A stretch of DNA of 64,000 nucleotides from a virus. Position numbers and translations under genes: made by a program. The DNA lies in the IMG/VR virus record IMGVR_UViG_3300030108_004854, positions 9,065 to 73,064 of that record, one strand, 5' to 3'. Below are positions 24,675-34,126 of the stretch, piece after piece (the first letter of the stretch is position 1; every line of letters starts with the position of its first letter). Under the pieces are notes generated by a model, which was given only the letters and a program-made list of their open reading frames with translations, was not told the origin of the DNA and ran no database searches.

Positions 24675-25872
24675 TTTCGATTTCAGGGAGCATTGTAATT
24701 AGTCTACCCTTGTATCCATCGTCAATCAGAGATTGCTTGATAGCTGGACCAAAATTATGCGCCATGATAATTATATTGTCTGGCCTGTCAAATCTTAAAT
24801 ATTCTCTGTCAACAATTCTAATGCTCGTACCAGGTATATATTTACCTTGTTTTTGGACAGTATCATCAACACAATATGTATCATTTAATTGCCAAGAGTT
24901 AACTGCATTTAAATAAACACAGCCTTTAGCAGCTGCTCCAAACAAAGCAATGCTGCCATCTAATTTATTTAAAAATGCTTGGTCTTTAATAATTTTTGTC
25001 CACACTAATGACATGTAACGGTTGTAATCAAACCATTCTTCTTTTTTAATAAATTCTTCTGCTGCATCTGTATCTCCATACATTTCTTTGTTTGTAATCC
25101 ATAAACGCATTGAGCCGCCATGAATTGGAATTTTTTCAGCGTGATAAATATTAAGCCCAAATTTAGATAATAATTTTTTTATAGGTTTTACTAACCAGTA
25201 ATAATAATGCTCATGATAAAACTGATCAAACTGTAAGGTTTCTAATGTAGTTAAGGTATAAGGAAACTCAAGAATCCAAGTACCGTCTAACTTTTCAGCA
25301 ATACCTTCTACAAATTTTTCTGCATCAGGAGTGTGTTGAAATGCATTGGTTGTAAAAATAAAATCTGCTTTAGGAACTGGTGCTTTTTTACTCCAAAATT
25401 CATTAACAAAATGAATTCCTTTTTCTAAATTTTCACCAGCAAAAGAATTACTGGCATCTACGTTATACATTTCCAGTGGACGACCTGCTTCTTGCTGCAT
25501 AGTATGCAAAAGTGTGCCGTCATTACCTCCAATATCAATTATTCTTTTTGGTTTTAAATGCTTAATTGATTGCCACATTCGTCGACAATGACGAATATAT
25601 GGTTTGTTCACTCCTGAATGATAAAGATAATCTGCATATAGTTCTTCTGGAGGAACAGAAGTGTCTAAATGAATACAAAGATCTTCATTAATTAATGCAC
25701 GTATTGGGTATTGCGTAGCAGCTAAAGCTTCTTCTGCTGTGTTTTTAAGGCTATTTACAACAGGTTGTGTACCTAAATCCAATAAAATATTAGATCCATC
25801 GAAGTTTTTGTCTTCTGACTGGATCGAATTCCCAAAATGAGAGCGGATAATTTTTTCCGAAAGGCTTGGCAT
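24661..25872 (-). CDS. NDP-sugar C-methyltransferase (TylC3/NovU/TcaB9-like)
   Basis: LDLGTQP, DIGGNDGTLL, FDQFYHEH, IHGGSMR, FGAAAKG, KQGKYIPG. Confidence 0.9.
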   Translation of the reverse strand: MPSLSEKIIRSHFGNSIQSEDKNFDGSNILLDLGTQPVVNSLKNTAEEALAATQYPIRALINEDLCIHLDTSVPPEELYADYLYHSGVNKPYIRHCRRMWQSIKHLKPKRIIDIGGNDGTLLHTMQQEAGRPLEMYNVDASNSFAGENLEKGIHFVNEFWSKKAPVPKADFIFTTNAFQHTPDAEKFVEGIAEKLDGTWILEFPYTLTTLETLQFDQFYHEHYYYWLVKPIKKLLSKFGLNIYHAEKIPIHGGSMRLWITNKEMYGDTDAAEEFIKKEEWFDYNRYMSLVWTKIIKDQAFLNKLDGSIALFGAAAKGCVYLNAVNSWQLNDTYCVDDTVQKQGKYIPGTSIRIVDREYLRFDRPDNIIIMAHNFGPAIKQSLIDDGYKGRLITMLPEIEIDRA

Positions 25873-26527
25873 ATTTTTCTTGGGCAGGACTACCACCCCA
25901 CTTTTCTACATAATACTTGTAATTTTTCCGAAATGTGTATTGATTTTTTTTCTGAAAATCTGTTGAACTATTTAACGTACTTGATCTATGATGATGAGCT
26001 TGTAAAGGAATAGTATCCACACTTGCACCAGACTGTATGATGCGATAGCGATAATCGTTGTCTTCAAAATAACCAGGAAAAAAGTTTTCGTCTAAATAAC
26101 CTACTTTTGCAAGCAGTTGTGGTGTCCATAAAAATCCACACATACAATCCGTAGGCGTATTTCCCAGGAATGCACCAAAAGGAACAGTCGCTACTTTGTT
26201 TAAAACACGTTCCCATTGACCTGGAAGTGGATGCCAATCATAGCCACATACAATCCAATGCTTGCAATCTGTATTGTCTCTAATGATTTGATTTACTGAG
26301 CCAGGGTATCCTGCATTCAAGTTATTCTGAACGACAACAATTTCTTGTATATGGTCAGGTTTGCAATCGCATATAGCATCAATAGCTTTTTCGACTTCTT
26401 TATCGCGTTCCATTGAGTTGTCAACAATATAATACCTTTTCAAAGGAACATCTATTGTTTGAAAATGCTCAAGTAATAACTGTCCTCCTACTAAAACAGG
26501 GACACCAATACACTCTAATCTGTTCAT
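25790..26527 (-). CDS. GT-A (GT2-like) glycosyltransferase
   Basis: IVDN, NLNAGYPGSVN, VGYLDENFFPGYFEDNDYRYR, YYVEKWGG. Confidence 0.85.
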   Translation of the reverse strand: MNRLECIGVPVLVGGQLLLEHFQTIDVPLKRYYIVDNSMERDKEVEKAIDAICDCKPDHIQEIVVVQNNLNAGYPGSVNQIIRDNTDCKHWIVCGYDWHPLPGQWERVLNKVATVPFGAFLGNTPTDCMCGFLWTPQLLAKVGYLDENFFPGYFEDNDYRYRIIQSGASVDTIPLQAHHHRSSTLNSSTDFQKKNQYTFRKNYKYYVEKWGGSPAQEKYAKPFGKNYPLSFWEFDPVRRQKLRWI

Positions 26528-26557
26528 TTTACTGTTAAGCTAAATTTAATATACATA

Positions 26558-27397
26558 ATGATGATGGTTGTCGATAACGAAGGCCAAACTGTTTACGATC
26601 TTTTTAACGAAGACCCAGATACTTTTCTTGCTCTCAATAGCAAGCCAGCACGAATCGTTATTAATGGTAAACGCCATTACGAAACTCCTTTTCTAACTGG
26701 TCCGGCAGCATCCGTTACTACTATTATCTCAGAGACTGCTTCTGAAGCAAACAAAAAGAAACTAGAAATGTGGTCAAAAAACAACCCGGGTGTTAAAGAA
26801 GCTGCAGCGGAACGAGGTACCGCCATACATTCATGCATGGAGCATTACTTGAAGAAAGAAGACGTTGACGTTCCTGAGCAGTATGGAGACTATTGGACTG
26901 GGATGCCAAACATTCTGAACCAATTTGACGAAGTAATTTGGGCCGAAACACCTTTGTACGATAACCATCAGTTCGCTTTATCCGAAGATGGTATCGGGCG
27001 CGTGTGGGGCAGGGACGAAGAGGAGAGACCATGGGTGGGTAGCCCTGACATTATTGGAATTGCTGGCGGTAAGCTAACGCTTGCCGACTTAAAGACTAGT
27101 GCCAAACCTTATTGTAGGTGGTGGCCTAAAGATTATCCAAAGGGTTCGCCTGAGTGGCGTGTCAGGCTTGGCGGATATATGAAATTTAAAAAATGTTGTT
27201 TGCAATTAGGTGCTTATGCACTAGGTATTGAGCAGACACTTAACATGAAAGTGGATCAGGCTGCCATACTTGTTTCGACGCCAGAAGACACCCAGCTGTT
27301 TAAAATTTCTAGGCGTCATCTAGATTATTGTCAGCAAGACTGGTTAAAAGTTGTAGCGGAATACTACGATCAAATCAAATTAGACTACGAATTTTAA
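26558..27397 (+). CDS. PD-(D/E)XK exonuclease
   Basis: SVTTII, RGTAIH, GSPD..., DLKTS, LQLGAYA. Confidence 0.88.
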   Translation: MMMVVDNEGQTVYDLFNEDPDTFLALNSKPARIVINGKRHYETPFLTGPAASVTTIISETASEANKKKLEMWSKNNPGVKEAAAERGTAIHSCMEHYLKKEDVDVPEQYGDYWTGMPNILNQFDEVIWAETPLYDNHQFALSEDGIGRVWGRDEEERPWVGSPDIIGIAGGKLTLADLKTSAKPYCRWWPKDYPKGSPEWRVRLGGYMKFKKCCLQLGAYALGIEQTLNMKVDQAAILVSTPEDTQLFKISRRHLDYCQQDWLKVVAEYYDQIKLDYEF

Positions 27398-29100
27398 CGT
27401 AAATAAATAAATTGATCTGTAAGCTTAGGTCTAAAATCAATGCCTTTTGATTTTAATTCAAGCATGTAATCACCAACTGCTTTTGGATCATTTATTACAT
27501 TTAAAGCATTGTCATAATCTTTCATTCCAAATTTACCTTTAAATTGAGGAAGTCCAGGAGCCGCTTGGAATCGATCATCAATACTATCTCCATCTGAATC
27601 TATAAATTCTGTTGTATAAACGACATCTTTAGGCTTGCCTAACATATTCCCATAGTTTCCTTGGAAATAATTAGAATCAACAGAATCTTGTAGATCATTA
27701 CTAGGCATTTTATTTTTATCTCCTATTTTGTCTTGTACTCTTTTACCTACTCCACCACCTAATTCCATATAGTCTTTCATCCACGAATTAACATCTGAAG
27801 CTTTATTATCTTTTAACGCATTTTTATATTCTTTATAAGTAATTGTGTTACCAAACATTTTGTCAAGTTTATTCATTTGTTTATTGAAAGCTTTCATGTC
27901 TTTTTTATTTGGTTCACCTGCAATTCCTTGCCGCTGTAATTTTTTACCAAGGAATTCCATTAATTTTTGTGCATCTTCTTCATTATCGTAAGTTTCATAG
28001 CCAGCTTTTTTTTGTGCCTTTTTAAGATTTATATTTTTGAGATCATCTCCTTGGGAATTATACCAATCAATTAAATCTTGTTCGGATTTTAACGATCCAT
28101 TACCATATTCATCTCCTTCATAAAAACCTTTGTTATAAGCATCTATGATTTGATTAAAATCATCCATTCCTTTTTCACCTGTTCTTACATTAGTAAGTCC
28201 AGCTGATTGAGCTGCTTTAAGCATGTCATCATCTGACAAACCTTCAGCTTGTAATCTTTGATAAAGATCAGCTTTATTTGGATCGTTATAAGTATATTCA
28301 TTACGTAAACGTTGTTCTGGAGTTAAATCTAAAATACTTGCATAACTTGTAGTTCCTCCTTCATCATCATCAGGATCTATATTTGCTTTAATAGACTGTG
28401 CACGTTGCAAGAAATAATCAAAATCTCGACCATCAAAAGATACATCTTTGTTAAACTCAGGTTTATTTGTTGCTGCATTGTATAACTCAGTAGTTAAAGG
28501 ATCCCCTTCTGGTCTATCTATTAATTCTGGTAAAGCTGCGTTATTTGCATTACCATTGTCATTATCATTGTTATTATTAGTGTCTTTATCTACTGCTCTA
28601 GGGTCTTCTTCTGGCATATAATCTAAAATACTTGCATAAGGATTTTTTTCTGATCCATAAGCATTTTCGTTTCGTTTTTGTATCATTTGTTCATACATTC
28701 CTCCGTCACCAAATATTTCTTCTTGTCTAGCTGCTCTACGATCAGCTGCAACTTCATCATTCATTCGAAGAATATTTTCATAAGAAGCATTTCTTTTTGC
28801 CATTTCTTCTTCAGAAAAGTAATCTTGAATTGCTAAATCACCACTTCTTCGATCTGCATCTTTTTGCGTAGCTGAAACATATCCTTCAGTACCAGGAAGA
28901 ATTCCTCCTTCTATTAAATCTTGTGTATAATTAGATGTCAATATATCACTTGAACTGTCTCGCTCTTCTCGTTGCTTACTAAGTGCTTCTAGCTTTTCAG
29001 CCGTTTTGCTTTTAATATTCTCAATATTTGATTTATCAAAATCTATTCCATCAACATATCCATTTAAAAAATTTGTCGGAGAAGATACAGGATTAACCAT
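27394..29100 (-). CDS. large acidic hypothetical protein
   Basis: 568 aa; TAGAAT upstream; DSDGDSIDD Ca-binding-like loop; YASILD occurs twice. Confidence 0.75.
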   Translation of the reverse strand: MVNPVSSPTNFLNGYVDGIDFDKSNIENIKSKTAEKLEALSKQREERDSSSDILTSNYTQDLIEGGILPGTEGYVSATQKDADRRSGDLAIQDYFSEEEMAKRNASYENILRMNDEVAADRRAARQEEIFGDGGMYEQMIQKRNENAYGSEKNPYASILDYMPEEDPRAVDKDTNNNNDNDNGNANNAALPELIDRPEGDPLTTELYNAATNKPEFNKDVSFDGRDFDYFLQRAQSIKANIDPDDDEGGTTSYASILDLTPEQRLRNEYTYNDPNKADLYQRLQAEGLSDDDMLKAAQSAGLTNVRTGEKGMDDFNQIIDAYNKGFYEGDEYGNGSLKSEQDLIDWYNSQGDDLKNINLKKAQKKAGYETYDNEEDAQKLMEFLGKKLQRQGIAGEPNKKDMKAFNKQMNKLDKMFGNTITYKEYKNALKDNKASDVNSWMKDYMELGGGVGKRVQDKIGDKNKMPSNDLQDSVDSNYFQGNYGNMLGKPKDVVYTTEFIDSDGDSIDDRFQAAPGLPQFKGKFGMKDYDNALNVINDPKAVGDYMLELKSKGIDFRPKLTDQFIYLR

Positions 29101-29146
29101 TTTTTATTAGTTCTTTTTATTTATTCTAATCCAATCAGCTCTTACT

Positions 29147-29159
29147 CACAAATGTACAG
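29147..29159 (-). promoter_or_regulatory. single CTGTACATTTGTG motif upstream of the primase-helicase
   Basis: Same motif as in the 4897-5230 and 33229-33380 elements. Confidence 0.5.
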
Positions 29160-29214
29160 AATGGCCTGCGGTCAAGGGAATGCTAGATAGAATACAAAGG
29201 CCCATATAATTCAC

Positions 29215-31938
29215 ATGACAACACTACAACCAGGTGAAATAAATCTTAACTACATTCCTGATGACTGGGCTTTAACCCCTATAGGTGATCACAAAAATCC
29301 ATACATTAATGCATGGAAAAATCATCCCTATGACAAGACACAAATTCAAAAAGAACTAGAATCTGGGCAAGCTAAAGCCGTTGGTTTAATTGCAGGCAAC
29401 CACTACAACAATCCGTTCACTCTCGTTTGGGTCGATATTGATGGTGAGTCTGTTTGGCCTGTTATTGAAGAACTTTCAGGAACTTCTAATATTTCTCTTA
29501 GCTTGCCACCTACACTTACCATCCTTTCCGGCAAACCAGGGCGCGAACGTAAACTTTATCAAGTACCAAAAAGTGATAAAAAACATTTACTACGCAGTAA
29601 ATATGCTACTAAGCCTGTTGTTCCTAATGAAAAGCTTGAAATACTCTGTGGCAATAGTCACCAAGGAGTCCTTATGGGATTCCACCCAGACACTGATGGG
29701 TATTTCACAAAAGAAAACGAAGACTTTCGATATGTAAAAAACCTTCCAGAACTTCCTGTTTGGTTACTTAATTTTATTAAACTAAAAAATTTAAAACAAG
29801 GCAAGCCAGAGTCAAATCATCAACGCGTTTACTCTTCAGAGTTTGCTGTTGAAGTAAAAATGGGAGATCAACGTACTATTTATGAAATGGAACAAGCATT
29901 AAAACATATGGCAGACCATGGCTTCATGGATGATTACGATATGTGGATTACAATGGGTCAAGCTATTCATGATTTTGATGACAATCTTTATGATTTATGG
30001 GATAAATATTCACAGTTTTCTGATAAATATGATCCACAAACTACCTTAGATAAATGGAATAGTTTTGGTGGTGGACGTGGCACCAGTATTGGCACTCTTT
30101 TTCATCATGCACAAGAAGCTGGTTTTAAGTTTAATGCAGCAGCTATAGAGGCATTTTTACCTTCTAATCAACTTCTTGATGCACAAGAACAAGCTTACAC
30201 TAAATTTCAATCAACAGATCCAATGGCACAACTTCTTCACAACGCAATACACGCAGCAGAACAATACGAAAAAGAAGAACAAGCTGAACAACGTGAAAAC
30301 ACTGGGCGTCGTAGCAAGGCTAATGCACCTGACAATCAATTAGTTCTTACTCTAGCTCAAATTTTTAATGGCAATATTGTTTTTTCTACTACTCATAACA
30401 ACTTTATGGAATATAAAAATGGGTATTGGCGTGTAATAGAAAAAGATGAAGCCGAAGCTAAAGTTGAAAATATTTTTTATACATTAGTTGATAGTCATTT
30501 ACCTAAAGGCTGGGACAATACTCGTGTAGTTTCAGTCACTAAATCACTATCAAGATATTTAAGAGATGATAATGAATGGAATATTAATTCAAACTTACGC
30601 TGCTTTAATAATGTTGTTGTTGACATAACCAGTCGTGAAACTTTTGAACACCACAAAAAATATCGTTTAACAAATAAAATTCCATACAACTATGATGAAA
30701 ACGCAAAGTGTCCGCAAATTCAAAAGTGGTTATATGAAGTACAAGATGGAAACAAAACTATTGTTGAAGTTTTAAGAGCCTGGCTTCGTGCATGCTTAGT
30801 TGGTGCATATGACATCCAGCGTTTTTTAGAAGTTGTTGGTCCAGGTAAAACAGGTAAATCAACTTTTGCTTCATTATGCACTGCATTGGTAGGACTAGAA
30901 AATACAGTTGCTACTGATTTTGAAAATTTACGTAGTCGTTTTGAATCAGCACGATTTATTGATTCACGATTGATTTTATTTAATGATGTAGAACGCTTTG
31001 CTGGAGATGTTTCTAAGTTCAAAGCAATGACTGGTGGAGATCCCCTTAGAGCTGAACATAAAAATAGTGGCACAAAAATACCGCCTTTCATTTTCAAAGG
31101 TCTTTGTATTGTTACAGCCAATGAAGTGATTGCAACCACTGATTCAACATCAGGATTAAGACGTAGAAGAATTACCATACCTTTCAGCAAAAAATTTAAA
31201 GGTACAGCTAACGAACAAGTACAATTAATTTCAAATAAATTTAATAAAGAAGGTTCAATTTCTTTTGGCACTTTTGCACCAGAGCTACCAGGATTGATTA
31301 ATTGGTTACTTGAAATGCCAGAAGGCAGAATGCGTAGCTTATTGATGGATACAGAAATGCACAGCAATGAACTTAAAATATTTTCAGAAGCTGTTGATTC
31401 TGCAACTAATCTTCAAAAAGCTTGGTTAACTGACAATGTTGTTTTTAATCCAGCTGGTCGCCATCGTTTTGGACGTAAGATTGAAAACCGTGATTCAGAC
31501 AGCAAAACTTCTAAAAATTTATATTGTCACTGGGAGGATCAAATTTTTCCTAATTATTTAGCTTATGCTTATAGCGTTAGTTCCAGTAAAGGCAATGCTA
31601 TGGGACTACAACGTTTTAGATCTTGGTTGCAAGACGAGTTGCAAAACGTTCTTGGATTAAATGTCAAATTCTATAAAAATCGTTCTACATGGTGGATAGA
31701 AGGCATCAGCCTTAGATCTAGTTGGCCCGAAAAAGATTACACTAATTCAGCAACCGTTAATGCTGCTTGGATGATTGGCACCGATAGTGAACAACGACTC
31801 ATTAAACAACAACCTGGTGCTCATGGATATAATTATTTTCCAACAGTACAAGAAGCAGCAGAAGATCCTGATAAATGGAAAGAAATATTTCTTGAATGGG
31901 CACCGTCTTTAAATACGGTTAGGGTCATAAATATTTAA
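29215..31938 (+). CDS. bifunctional primase-polymerase / PriCT-2 / D5-like SF3 helicase
   Basis: VWVDID prim-pol motif; YDMWITMGQAIH...W..FS.KY (PriCT-2); Walker A GPGKTGKST, KAMTGGD, RRRITIPF. Confidence 0.93.
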   Translation: MTTLQPGEINLNYIPDDWALTPIGDHKNPYINAWKNHPYDKTQIQKELESGQAKAVGLIAGNHYNNPFTLVWVDIDGESVWPVIEELSGTSNISLSLPPTLTILSGKPGRERKLYQVPKSDKKHLLRSKYATKPVVPNEKLEILCGNSHQGVLMGFHPDTDGYFTKENEDFRYVKNLPELPVWLLNFIKLKNLKQGKPESNHQRVYSSEFAVEVKMGDQRTIYEMEQALKHMADHGFMDDYDMWITMGQAIHDFDDNLYDLWDKYSQFSDKYDPQTTLDKWNSFGGGRGTSIGTLFHHAQEAGFKFNAAAIEAFLPSNQLLDAQEQAYTKFQSTDPMAQLLHNAIHAAEQYEKEEQAEQRENTGRRSKANAPDNQLVLTLAQIFNGNIVFSTTHNNFMEYKNGYWRVIEKDEAEAKVENIFYTLVDSHLPKGWDNTRVVSVTKSLSRYLRDDNEWNINSNLRCFNNVVVDITSRETFEHHKKYRLTNKIPYNYDENAKCPQIQKWLYEVQDGNKTIVEVLRAWLRACLVGAYDIQRFLEVVGPGKTGKSTFASLCTALVGLENTVATDFENLRSRFESARFIDSRLILFNDVERFAGDVSKFKAMTGGDPLRAEHKNSGTKIPPFIFKGLCIVTANEVIATTDSTSGLRRRRITIPFSKKFKGTANEQVQLISNKFNKEGSISFGTFAPELPGLINWLLEMPEGRMRSLLMDTEMHSNELKIFSEAVDSATNLQKAWLTDNVVFNPAGRHRFGRKIENRDSDSKTSKNLYCHWEDQIFPNYLAYAYSVSSSKGNAMGLQRFRSWLQDELQNVLGLNVKFYKNRSTWWIEGISLRSSWPEKDYTNSATVNAAWMIGTDSEQRLIKQQPGAHGYNYFPTVQEAAEDPDKWKEIFLEWAPSLNTVRVINI

Positions 31939-31952
31939 AAATAAGTTAATAT

Positions 31953-31976
31953 AAGGACACAATTAGTGTCCTTTTT
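31953..31976 (+). terminator. hairpin plus T-run abutting the next start codon
   Basis: AAGGACAC-AATTA-GTGTCCTT-TTT then A-ATG at 31978. Confidence 0.6.
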
Positions 31977-31977
31977 A

Positions 31978-33228
31978 ATGTCTAAAAGAAAAATTCTTTG
32001 GAGTGGTGACATTGTTGCACGTACTGGATTTGCTCGCGTAACAGAAAATTTAATTACTAGATTAAAAGATAAATATGAAATTGTAGTATTAGGCAATAAT
32101 TGGTGGGGTGATCCAAGTATCTTTCAAAAAGATTTTAAAATGTATCCATCATCCAATCGGTTTGCAACAGAACCTTTTGGTGTACAACGCATACGTGAAG
32201 TCTGTGATGCGGAAAAACCTGACATTGTTTTTATTAACAATGATGCCTGGATTGTTAACCAGCTTTATAGCCAAATTAAAGATTTTCATGCAGAAGGCCG
32301 GTTTAAGTTCTGTGCCTACATGCCAATGGACTCATATGGCTGGACTGGTGTCCTCAATGACTTTGCTTCTATGTGGGATAGCATCATTACTTATACGGAA
32401 TTTGGTGCCAAAGAATTTCATGCTGCAGGAGTTAATAAGCCTGTTACTGTAATTCCACATGGCATTACAGATAATCAGTTTTATGAATTAGATAAAGCTG
32501 AATGTCGTAAACGTCTTAGCTTGCCAGAAGATTCTTTTATTGTTTTTAATGGCAATCGTAATCAAGCTCGCAAACGCATTGATATTACTATTGATGGTTT
32601 TGCTCAATTTGCAGTAGATAAACCAAATACCAAACTTTATTTACACATGGGATTAAAAGATCAGGGCTGGGATGTTATGAATTTATTTGGTCGTCAAATG
32701 CGTAGGTATGGACTTGATCCAAATAATCGAATTATTATGACCACTAATAATCCATCTCCTCCTGCTGTCCCAGTTGAATTATTAAACATTATTTATAATG
32801 CTTGTGATGTAGGTGTTAATACTTGCAAAGGAGAAGGCCATGGTTTAGTCAATCATGAACATGCTGCTTGTCATGTTCCTCAAGTTGTTCCTAATCACAC
32901 ATCATGCAAAGAAATTTTTGAAGGAGCAGGTCTTTTAATTGATAACGCTTTCATGGACGTAGACATGAACTACAACCGTGACATGCCCATCCCTAGTACA
33001 AAACACTTTGTCGAGCACCTCAATACTCTGTACAACGACGAATCCTGCAGAAAGCAAGTAGCGCAAGCCTGCTATGACCGTGCAACTGACCCTAAATACC
33101 AATGGGTTCAGATCGCCCAACAGTTTGAAAACGAGTTTGATCAGCTTCTAACGCCTGCAGAAGAGCTAGAAGTTCCTGTTTTGAAGCGACCCAAGAAACG
33201 TAAAAAGGTTCCTGTTGCTACAAAATAA
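31978..33228 (+). CDS. GT-B (GT4-like) glycosyltransferase
   Basis: TGFARV, VIPHG, NRNQARKRID, LNIIYNACDV, GEGHGLVNHEHAACHVP (ExxxxxxxE). Confidence 0.9.
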   Translation: MSKRKILWSGDIVARTGFARVTENLITRLKDKYEIVVLGNNWWGDPSIFQKDFKMYPSSNRFATEPFGVQRIREVCDAEKPDIVFINNDAWIVNQLYSQIKDFHAEGRFKFCAYMPMDSYGWTGVLNDFASMWDSIITYTEFGAKEFHAAGVNKPVTVIPHGITDNQFYELDKAECRKRLSLPEDSFIVFNGNRNQARKRIDITIDGFAQFAVDKPNTKLYLHMGLKDQGWDVMNLFGRQMRRYGLDPNNRIIMTTNNPSPPAVPVELLNIIYNACDVGVNTCKGEGHGLVNHEHAACHVPQVVPNHTSCKEIFEGAGLLIDNAFMDVDMNYNRDMPIPSTKHFVEHLNTLYNDESCRKQVAQACYDRATDPKYQWVQIAQQFENEFDQLLTPAEELEVPVLKRPKKRKKVPVATK

Positions 33229-33380
33229 ATGTAGTTGTTGGGTCTTGACCCTTGTTTTCTTTAGATATATAGAAAACTGTACATTGTGTGCTTTATTCCA
33301 CAGGGTTTCCACAACCACAATGTACAGATTTCTATACTTAAAAAGAAAACCCCCTCCAGCTTTAAAAACTACAACAAGAA
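33229..33380. other. inverted-repeat element; origin candidate 2
   Basis: TATAGAAAACTGTACATTGTG ... CACAATGTACAGATTTCTATA (21-bp arms, 1 mismatch). Confidence 0.65.
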
Positions 33381-33442
33381 AAGTCAATTACACAACTGAC
33401 ACACTCGCACCCATGGTAATCTTGATGTGCACCAAATGAAAT

Positions 33443-34102
33443 ATGGCTAACCCAAATTCCAAGTCTTGGTTGACACAACAGAGAATAAAAGAAAGAAAAA
33501 ATTTTCGTCTCTTAGATTGGTCAAAAGATTTAAAAGATCAAGGTTTTTATAGAGGATTACCTTGCCCTTACGAGCATACGATTAGAGACAGCACTCACCA
33601 CTGGTGTTATCAATGCGTGTTAAAAATACAAACTGGTTTATGCGGCTTAGATATCAATTATGTACATGAAGATTTTTCTCATTATGCAGTCAAAGCATTA
33701 GAAATGATTGATGTTGGCAATCCTAAAGAATGCTGGCCTGTAACAGCTTTAGATCGACACGGAAAACCAAAACGTTTTGCATTTCCTGACTACAAACAAA
33801 ATGCAAAAGAAATTGCGCCAAACAAATTGACTTTAAAAAAAATCATGTACACTTTATTTTGGGGAGATACAGGCAAAGAAGTTGTGACTAATCTACCTGG
33901 CTGTACTAATCCAACTTGTTGTAATCCACTTCATCTCACCACAATTTATAATCGTGATGCAACACCACGGAAGATGTTTAATTATTTAGATTTAAACCGA
34001 GATGATCGAAAGATAAACTTATTATTAAATAGACATTTAAAAAACTATCGCATTGAAGATTTACTTAAACAAGAATATAGGCCTACGATTTCAGCAATTT
34101 AG
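33443..34102 (+). CDS. zinc-binding hypothetical protein, HNH-like remnant
   Basis: CPYEH..WCYQC; ECWP; CTNPTCCNPLHL. Confidence 0.7.
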   Translation: MANPNSKSWLTQQRIKERKNFRLLDWSKDLKDQGFYRGLPCPYEHTIRDSTHHWCYQCVLKIQTGLCGLDINYVHEDFSHYAVKALEMIDVGNPKECWPVTALDRHGKPKRFAFPDYKQNAKEIAPNKLTLKKIMYTLFWGDTGKEVVTNLPGCTNPTCCNPLHLTTIYNRDATPRKMFNYLDLNRDDRKINLLLNRHLKNYRIEDLLKQEYRPTISAI

Positions 34103-34126
34103 AATAGAAGATAAAGCATGGGTTAG

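Noticed and set aside
26558-27397. Cas4 / CRISPR adaptation gene
   Set aside because: Lacks the four-Cys Fe-S pattern, and no array or cas1 is present; an ordinary phage PD-(D/E)XK exonuclease
30720-31367. 215-aa antisense ORF inside the helicase domain
   Set aside because: Antisense shadow of a conserved gene, with no motif or expression signals
10458-31938. Introns or inteins in thyX, polA or the primase-helicase
   Set aside because: All are continuous ORFs of expected size, without intein C/S...HN motifs or intron-like gaps
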